Shown: one piece after another, positions 58,101 to 64,000 of the stretch
Layout of the letters: each line of letters starts with the position of its first letter
Position numbering within the stretch: position 1 is the stretch's first letter
DNA from: Epithemia pelagica
Lineage: Eukaryota; Protista; Bacillariophyta
NCBI GenBank assembly: GCA_946965045.2
Contig: OX337239.1
Location: 1,984,001-2,048,000, forward strand
Direction: 5' to 3'
DNA: 64,000 nucleotides
The notes under the pieces: model-generated
Told to the model about the DNA's origin: nothing
Databases searched by the model: none
Seen by the model: only the letters and a program-made list of their open reading frames with translations
Made by a program: the position numbers and the translations under genes

Positions 58101-59376
58101 ACGTCTGAGGAATTCCGACATTCTGGATAAGGGACATCAGACCTTCAGGGTGTTGCTTCTTTGATTTCCAGGGATAGACAAAATCATAGCCCTTTCCATC
58201 AGTAAATACGGAAGCACCCGTGTGAAGATCAAGCGATGGGCACTTGGAGAACATCTCGTTGCAAAACCATCGTCCCTTGACATTCGGGAATTTGAGCCAT
58301 GGAGCTTTCTTTCGGACCTTGCGTTCGGATGGGACAAGGACATTTCGGACCCCAGCCTGGGTTGTCACTTGTAAAGTCTTCTTGGCCTTAGTAAGGCCGA
58401 CATTCCATCGAGAAGACAAGGTCTGGGGATCAAGTACAGTCTTAGAAGAAGATGGCAAGACTTTTACGGCTTTCGTTGGTCGTGACGAAGCAGACTTAAC
58501 GGCTTTGAGAAAGTATTCGTCGGGATCAAGGTCCTCAATGTCCACAGTATCCTCGGCACTTGGTGGATGGGACACTCGAACGGCAGCAACTAAGCGGTTG
58601 CATAGTTCATCCTCGTCATTCTCAAGTTCCATGCAATAGCCATAGGTTTCGTCGTATGATCGGACGGCAGCAACCAATCGCGGGACACAGGATGCAGCAA
58701 TCGAATTCGGATCAACTTGGCGGACAGCAGATGCATTGGATGCATTGGCTTTCTCCTCCGCAGCAGCGAAGGTGGACGAATGAGGGTGCCACACCAAATC
58801 AGCAGTCATGACTATCTGTGGGAGCGACTCGAGCTCCTCCGGGGTTGGCTTCGTGGTCGCGAAGCCAGAGATAACACCGGACATTTCTAGAGGAATGGTC
58901 AGGTCAGCATCGGGAATACGAATGCTGTGTGTGCTGTAAGGGTCAAACTGACGCGGCACATCATGGACAATGAGGCCGTTTGAACGCAGTTGATTGGGAC
59001 AAATCAATGATTGGGACAATCGGTCCTCGAAGAATAACGACTTGTGAAACAGCAATAGATAACTATTGTTGTGGGCATCAGTCCAGACAGTGGCGGTCGT
59101 GGTGACGGGGATACGCTCTAGGGGTTTATATTCCTCTGAGAATGGGGAAACAGTGATGTAACGGTCAGGTTCCCTGAATTTCACAAAGTTGCGACCAACA
59201 CAACAAGTGTCAGCATGCGAGTCCATTTCACATGTCAGATCAATCGGATCAGTGGTATGGGACTGTGATACGGCAGCACATAAACGGTGTGCAAAGGCTA
59301 AGCTGAAGGTAGGGGTGCCTACAAGTGAGAAATGTGGACGGATAAGATTTGTTTTATCAATTTCATCACTGGGCAC
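55126..59376 (-). CDS. Copia-2 pol (protease, integrase, chromodomain-like segment, RT, RNase H)
   Basis: EMDSHADTCCVG, LISDGAQE, QNAAEASIRELK, RKARLVAGGH, DVQNAYLNA, YIDDIL, FVDADHAG, STFGSEF, NLADLLTK. Confidence 0.93.
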   Translation of the reverse strand: MPSDEIDKTNLIRPHFSLVGTPTFSLAFAHRLCAAVSQSHTTDPIDLTCEMDSHADTCCVGRNFVKFREPDRYITVSPFSEEYKPLERIPVTTTATVWTDAHNNSYLLLFHKSLFFEDRLSQSLICPNQLRSNGLIVHDVPRQFDPYSTHSIRIPDADLTIPLEMSGVISGFATTKPTPEELESLPQIVMTADLVWHPHSSTFAAAEEKANASNASAVRQVDPNSIAASCVPRLVAAVRSYDETYGYCMELENDEDELCNRLVAAVRVSHPPSAEDTVDIEDLDPDEYFLKAVKSASSRPTKAVKVLPSSSKTVLDPQTLSSRWNVGLTKAKKTLQVTTQAGVRNVLVPSERKVRKKAPWLKFPNVKGRWFCNEMFSKCPSLDLHTGASVFTDGKGYDFVYPWKSKKQHPEGLMSLIQNVGIPQTLISDGAQELFHGRSREICNEYRIKQEVTVPYSQWQNAAEASIRELKKGVIRKLRQTGAPRRTWSYALKWVASVRQLTASDIPELNGRTPFEHVLGSTPDISPMALFDFYQPVYYYTPSHDFPHERKCIGRWLGLADDCIDDMAFNVLTEKGRVIVRKDVWAIPDDDMKNPTIRQQLEVYDGLIKTLLVDTSPSSDEDAANVSPDPPDDFFGEDESESLFPAALDSDTPLPDADDYTPEELDEYLTAEVMLPHGGDQARAKIIGRSKDEHGRPIGKRDPNPILDTRFYDVLYPDGSTESLAANLIAENLYSQVDTEGNSYAIVKDIIGHRKTKDAVLRTDPDWLNGRNRHTTVGWEHECELSDGSTVWIPLKDLKNDSPVQLAEYAVAAGLAKEPAYAWWVPHTLRKRGVILAKVKSRYWKRTHNYGIELPKTVQEALEIDRRTGTDFWRKAIEKEMKNVRIAFEFRDDDKVPIGYKHIPCHMVFDIKSDLRRKARLVAGGHKTDPPKESTYSSVVSRDSVRIAFTIAALNGLDVLAGDVQNAYLNAPTKERTYITAGLEFGPENVGRPALIVRALYVLKSSAACWRDHIAATLRELKFNSCLADPDVWLRPQVRPSDGFQYYEYVLVYIDDILCVSHDPRSIMNDLEKRYTIKPESIKDPDEYLGSEIRHYTIPDTDDPENKPRWAMSSDKYVKRAISEIETELSKVGQKLQTQVSTPLATGYRPEIDSSPELDPRRANYYQGLIGILRWVVELGRIDIIVAVSQLSRYLAMPREGHLEQALHIFAYLKAHGRSTLVFDDTTPTFDEDRFFQADWSEYYPDASDPLPPNMPPPRGRAVTTTCFVDADHAGCLATRRSQTGILMFLQRAPILWYSKRQSTVETSTFGSEFVAMKTAIEQIEGFRYKLRMMGIPLDGETNVFCDNESVFKSATMPEVTLKKKHNAIAYHRTREAQAAHIVRIAWEEGETNLADLLTKSLPGPRLRFLAQRVLW

Positions 59377-59382
59377 ACAGCC

Positions 59383-60936
59383 TCAGGTCTGCTTTGTGGC
59401 CTTATCAGCAAGGGCAGCTTTCGCAACGGCAGTTGTAGGCTCCTTGGTTTCATCAGGGTTGTGCGGCTTTGTAGATCCTTTTTTACTATGGGCAAAGCGT
59501 CCGAAACTGTTTCCGGCTGAGGTTTTGGGAACAGTCGGTTCATCAGCAACAGGAGGATCAGGCTCGGAATAGTTCGGCGCGTCGTCGCCATCCAGGTCAG
59601 TGGTCTCCAATTTCATGTCATCAGACTTTGGAGTTTCAGTTTTACTCAACTTGCGAGAGCCATTTTCATCTTCAGTTCGCACGGCTCCCGCCTTGCGCTT
59701 TCCATTAGCGTCTTTCTGTTCTTTGTCTTTCTGTTCTTTACGGGCACGGAGGATTTCAGCCTTCTCTTCATCAGAGAGCTTGCGCCATTCATCCAAACTG
59801 TAATGACGTGTCTTCTTCTTATTCTGCTTGTAACGACCATTCTTCTTTCCACTAGTCTTAGTCGTACCCACACCAGCAATCTTTCGATTCTCGTCATTGG
59901 TCTTGTCGGTACGGGATGCAGCAATCAACGTGCCAAAATACTGCTGGCATGCTTCAAAATCAGAAAGCTTTGCTGCGTCACCGTTGACGACCGTCTTTCC
60001 CGCCGCCAAAGAGGGATCCGATATACCTTTGAGGAAATCGGTTACCTTTTTGGTTTCGGCAACGGGTTCATCAAGTTCAGCCAACGTATTATGAGCTTTC
60101 TGATGGCGGTGAACATATTGTTGATACGAGAAACGACCGCGGACTGTAAACTTTGCGTCGGCAATAGCAGCGTATGCTTCTTTCTTGCGGATGGTGACAG
60201 CTGCTGTTCCAGTAGCTTGGCGAGTCAACGCAAGATACGCCTCACGGCCGTCCTTCTTCTTTTGGTGTGGCTTGATGAACGTCAGGCCAGGTCCGCCAAC
60301 AAGGAAAGGTTTCATCAGTGTGAAGACGCGTTGATTGTCAAGGGCATACTGATCACCTTGCAGGATAGTAGTAGCAATCAAATCGTCATCGATAGTATCG
60401 TAGGCAGCATTCCTTGCTTCAGAACCGACAGGCTTAGTTTCACGAAGGACGTATGTCAAAGGGACACCCGTTGTGGGATTGCAATGCTGTGCGAGGAACG
60501 TGAGCAAGGCATCGTTAAACACCTCCCACTGAGTAAACGAAGTCAACTCTTTCGGTGGGGTCAGTTCATCGGAGGCAACTTCCTTGTTGAGTGCAAACAG
60601 TTCCTGGGTACGTTTGGTCCATTTCTTGATCAGGGGCGGATCAGAGAAAAGTGAGACTTTAAGAGCCTGACCACGAGACAAACGGTATTCGAGCCACATT
60701 CGGAAGCCGTGGAGCTGCAGGTTAGCACTGAAGGGAAAGGCCCCGTTCTCTGGAGGGGTCTTCGCCATCATCTTCAACATCGACGGCACTTGATGGACCG
60801 CAACAGTCATGAACGATTGAGCATCATCAAAACCCTGCTCAATGATGTAGGTCACGGTGGCATCATTGTATCCACAGCGTTTAACGGCAGCCTTGAAATC
60901 TTCCTTGGGATTTTCAGGGGCAGTGGATGAAGACAT
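59383..60936 (-). CDS. Copia-2 gag, in frame with pol and separated by one TGA
   Basis: ATG at 60936; gag-like PLTYVLRE, EWRKLSDEEKAEILRAR; ...KQT TGA GGC TGT... continues in the pol frame. Confidence 0.85.
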   Translation of the reverse strand: MSSSTAPENPKEDFKAAVKRCGYNDATVTYIIEQGFDDAQSFMTVAVHQVPSMLKMMAKTPPENGAFPFSANLQLHGFRMWLEYRLSRGQALKVSLFSDPPLIKKWTKRTQELFALNKEVASDELTPPKELTSFTQWEVFNDALLTFLAQHCNPTTGVPLTYVLRETKPVGSEARNAAYDTIDDDLIATTILQGDQYALDNQRVFTLMKPFLVGGPGLTFIKPHQKKKDGREAYLALTRQATGTAAVTIRKKEAYAAIADAKFTVRGRFSYQQYVHRHQKAHNTLAELDEPVAETKKVTDFLKGISDPSLAAGKTVVNGDAAKLSDFEACQQYFGTLIAASRTDKTNDENRKIAGVGTTKTSGKKNGRYKQNKKKTRHYSLDEWRKLSDEEKAEILRARKEQKDKEQKDANGKRKAGAVRTEDENGSRKLSKTETPKSDDMKLETTDLDGDDAPNYSEPDPPVADEPTVPKTSAGNSFGRFAHSKKGSTKPHNPDETKEPTTAVAKAALADKATKQT

Positions 60937-61609
60937 GGTGGAAGGCAAAAGGAAAACAAGAGAGCCAGAAGCAGGAGAGGTTCAGAGCAAAAAACAGGCA
61001 AAAACACAGAAGTGTGGAGGCATTGCCAAAAGGTGATGCAGATCGCAGATTTCGCGATTCTACCTGGAATTAAGGTGCACAAGTAGTGTCAACTTGCGTT
61101 TGCGCTGCAGTCGGCAGAGAACAAATACTTAGGACGTGTGCGTCGGCACAGTGCAAAAGGAGGTATCTATATTTTCATGTATGGAGAAAAGATTACCAAA
61201 ACAATCGCTCACTTAAGCGAGTGCTCCCCGTCACGTGGGAGAGTGCCATGGGTCACACATCACGAGTGTGAACTATAAGTAGTGCCGCAAGCATACCGTG
61301 ACGAGTAGCTTAGCGCGAACACTCCCAAGCGGTGATCAGCCGCTGCCAGTACGGGCAAAAGGCAGAGAGCAAGACTCCAAGGAGTTTCACATGATGCATA
61401 GCGTAGCTAGCATAGTTGGTGAGTTAGATAAAAAAAATATTAATTCCCCCGTGCATTGGTATGTACAAGGCGGTGAACCCCTTCTAGCCCGAAGACCGGG
61501 GTCTGGCCACCCTTGAGAAGAACATGCACTTTTAACCAGCGGGGAAACGTCTTGTACCATACACCCCAAATATGGCTGCCCCCAGAAATTGGGAGTCTTA
61601 ACTTAAAGC

Positions 61610-61682
61610 TGAGTCTGAGGGGATTCGAACCCCTGGCACCACGAGCCAACAGAAACATTTACCAGTTAAACCACTGCGGCTC
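61610..61682 (-). ncRNA. Degenerate tRNA-like sequence (Pol III A and B boxes) in the Copia-2 leader
   Basis: A-box-like TGGTTTAACTGG; perfect T-arm AGGGG-TTCGAAT-CCCCT; 73 nt; acceptor stem only partly paired and anticodon arm does not fold. Confidence 0.5.
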
Positions 61683-64000
61683 TGCGATGGTGGGTCTGAT
61701 AAACTGTATAAATCCTGCCACTACACGCTACAACACGCGCAACCCAGAAAATCTCTGCTGGAGATTCTTCAGCGCTGAATCTGAATAAATCCCGCCAACA
61801 GGTTGCATATTGGCGGATACATGGTCGCATATTGGCGAATATGCATCGCCTACATATGCTGCTACGCATCTAGTTTTCTAGTCATAATTTTTTGATCTAG
61901 CAACCCTAACCCTAACTCTTCTAGCTAGTTACTCCTACTACTCCTAGCTAGGCATTTTATCAACTCCAGCAGAGACCTCTCTAGCGCATACCTAGCTCCA
62001 GCAGAGATGAGCTATGAGCTGTTGCGGAACCGACCTCTAATTGTTCGCGTGTGTTGCGTGTTAGGATTGAGGAGGACGGAGAGTTCAAGAACTTTTCTCC
62101 GTAAAGCTTTCATTTTTTCATTTACCACATTTCGTCGCGTCTGTGTCCACTGTCCACTGAATCAGTAGTTGATCTTTATGTCCTATCTCTGAATTCTGAA
62201 TCTGTGTCCACTGTATTGTCCTGTCTTGGTAGATGGCCATTATTTCATGTAATTTTTTCTAGAGCTCTGACTCGCCCTGGCTTATCGACGCGAACCCGAT
62301 CAGCGCTGATCGCTCACCCTGATCGTCATTGCGTTCGCATGGATGAGAAGGATCAGCGCATGCGAAACGAAGCAACATTGCATAGGTAGTCACTAGTCAC
62401 AGCTCTCTAGCTTAAGCGACATACTCCTAGCTAGGTGTGCAAGACAATGGACCCATTGCATACCCATAAAGGAAAGAATATACTCCTAGAAACCTCAATA
62501 AAGCTATGGTTTATTCTCGAAGAACATGTTCAGGAAGTGAATGTCACTCACACCTCCCAGGGTCAATAGAAGATGATTTTGACGTGACAATCAATCCAGT
62601 GATACTGAATGCCCTCTCATAATCACTGACAGATGCGGGGAATCCCAAATACAAATGACAACATGTGTCCTCAGTGCCATCATCTTGTACCGAATCACTG
62701 TCACAAGTTTCAGCTCTTACACGCAGAAAATTGCTGTCTCACCGAATTCGCCGTGGTCAATCGGTGCGGGTCCTCGGATCAGCTGACCCGATGAGCTGAT
62801 CCAAGGCGCTGGTCAGAGTCAAAGCTCTAATTGTGCTAAGATCTCTAATCTTACAAGCTGGCTTCACGAGCGACCTGCCTAGTCTATTACAGTAGAAATA
62901 CTGTACAGACAATTTTGTACATAAACAATCACAGTAACCATCTATGCCCCTTTGCTTATCGACCATGACGACAGCAAATTTTGGGAAACGCACGATGCCG
63001 TTCAAACCAAGAAGACCATGAGTCACCGCGCTTGGCGCTCACGTCGAGTGTCGAGTGCGGACCCGACCGATACACAAGCGGCCCCTGTTCCCCAAACTCC
63101 ACCGGCGCAGCTGATTCCGCCATCGTTGCGGACACCGACGGCACCCAATCGAATGCATCCCACCACGTCAATTGGAGGCATGATCATGATGGGGCTTGCC
63201 CCCACCATCAAGTGACACCCGATATCCCCAAGACCATTGACAACTCGGACCTGGAACCACATCGCGACAGTGATGATAATCACACTCTCATGCAGCCAAT
63301 TCCAAATACAAGACAAACGCCCGTGGTGGACAGTGATCAAGTGGATGTCACCTTTGGATGTGGAAGCAACTTGTTGTCGACTGGATTCATATCACAAAGC
63401 ACGGATCCTGTGGTGCGAGACTTGTTTCTTCCCTTTCCCCGAACCAGCAATGGTACCAATCACCAAACGATCAGCAGCAGTAGTGGTATTCTTCTTCCCA
63501 ACCAGCCGAACAATCGACGAACGCAGTCTCATCCACAATCCACAACTCCGATCCAAACCATCCACTCCTCAAACGACCATTTCAGGACGAGTTAATACGA
63601 CACCAGGAAGTACGACCAGCACACTGGCGCCGGTCCTGCAGCCCATTTCGTCCTTTTATTCCACCATCAACTTTCGTACCGGCCTGTCTGGACACAGTGG
63701 GTTGGCAGTCTCCTCTTTGAACAAGAACAAGCCCCATTATTCTCCTCAAGCATCCAATCACCACCATGCAACCAACAGCAACAACCCACCGAGTGCTACT
63801 CCTAGAGTTTGGGGTTTTGATTGTGGTAGTTCGTGTTCCTGGTTGATAGCGGATAATCATTCGTAAATATAGTACTGTTCATTTTTGATGACTCCTTTCA
63901 AAACTGCCTGCATATCCTAGGCAGACTGTTTCATCTCCAATCTCCAGGCCAAGCATGTGTGCGAATCTCTACTAGGGATGTAAACGTAAGTGCTGATGTT

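Larger units (their letters stand above)
54806..61901 (-). mobile_element. Ty1/copia (CoDi-like) retrotransposon Copia-2; intact 166-bp 3' LTR, rearranged 5' LTR
   Basis: 3' LTR 54806-54971 (TG...CA with imperfect terminal inverted repeats) preceded by PPT GCGGGGAC; the 5' LTR survives as a 33-bp direct copy (61705-61737) and an inverted copy of about 120 bp (61782-61901). Confidence 0.88.

Noticed and set aside
54806-61901. DIRS-like or TIR-bounded retroelement interpretation of the 111/121-bp inverted repeats
   Set aside because: No tyrosine recombinase; a DDE integrase is present in copia order; the left repeat is part of a normal TG...CA LTR with a PPT. A local inversion explains the pattern more simply.
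61902-61916. AACCCTAACCCTAAC telomere-like repeat
   Set aside because: Only about 2.5 units and internal; no support for a telomere or healing event.
62945-63720. Overlapping short ORFs (62952-63215, 62981-63595, 63237-63866)
   Set aside because: Low-complexity, no recognisable domain and no consistent frame; possibly a decayed gene but not supportable.
1-64000. CRISPR arrays, rRNA genes, intact tRNA genes, prokaryotic operons
   Set aside because: None seen; the sequence is eukaryotic, and many GTG/TTG starts in the ORF track are artefacts.

Overview
Eukaryotic, intron-containing DNA, most likely a pennate diatom. This is inferred from short GT-AG introns with GTACGT/GTAAGT donors, bipartite plastid-targeting presequences, CoDi-type Ty1/copia elements and an HSF-domain gene. 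The window holds about 15 host genes or gene remnants: pectin-acetylesterase/Notum joined to an ABC ATPase, a thylakoid-lumen protein with a 5-nt micro-exon, a disrupted ICME-like esterase, scramblase, coiled-coil/repeat protein, LRR-like protein, Kelch protein, Upf1-like SF1 helicase, CPBP protease with EF-hands, a duplicated-domain membrane protein, a barrel-repeat protein, GNAT, histidine phosphatase, sulfotransferase and HSF. There is a transposon nest at 9-24 kb (full-length Copia, a MITE, a complete 6.9-kb hAT element, a second MITE) and a second Copia at 54.8-61.9 kb with a partly inverted 5' LTR. The best candidate for a new system is the hAT element (15-bp TIRs, 8-bp TSD), which carries a convergent cargo gene encoding an endonuclease-III/HhH-GPD DNA glycosylase behind a duplicated unknown domain; this is a possible transposon-borne anti-silencing or anti-mutation enzyme. 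Also notable: Copia-1 has no tRNA PBS but a perfect 14-nt complement to its own LTR (Tf1-like self-priming) and an extra upstream ORF. All family calls come from motif recognition by eye; no database searches were run.
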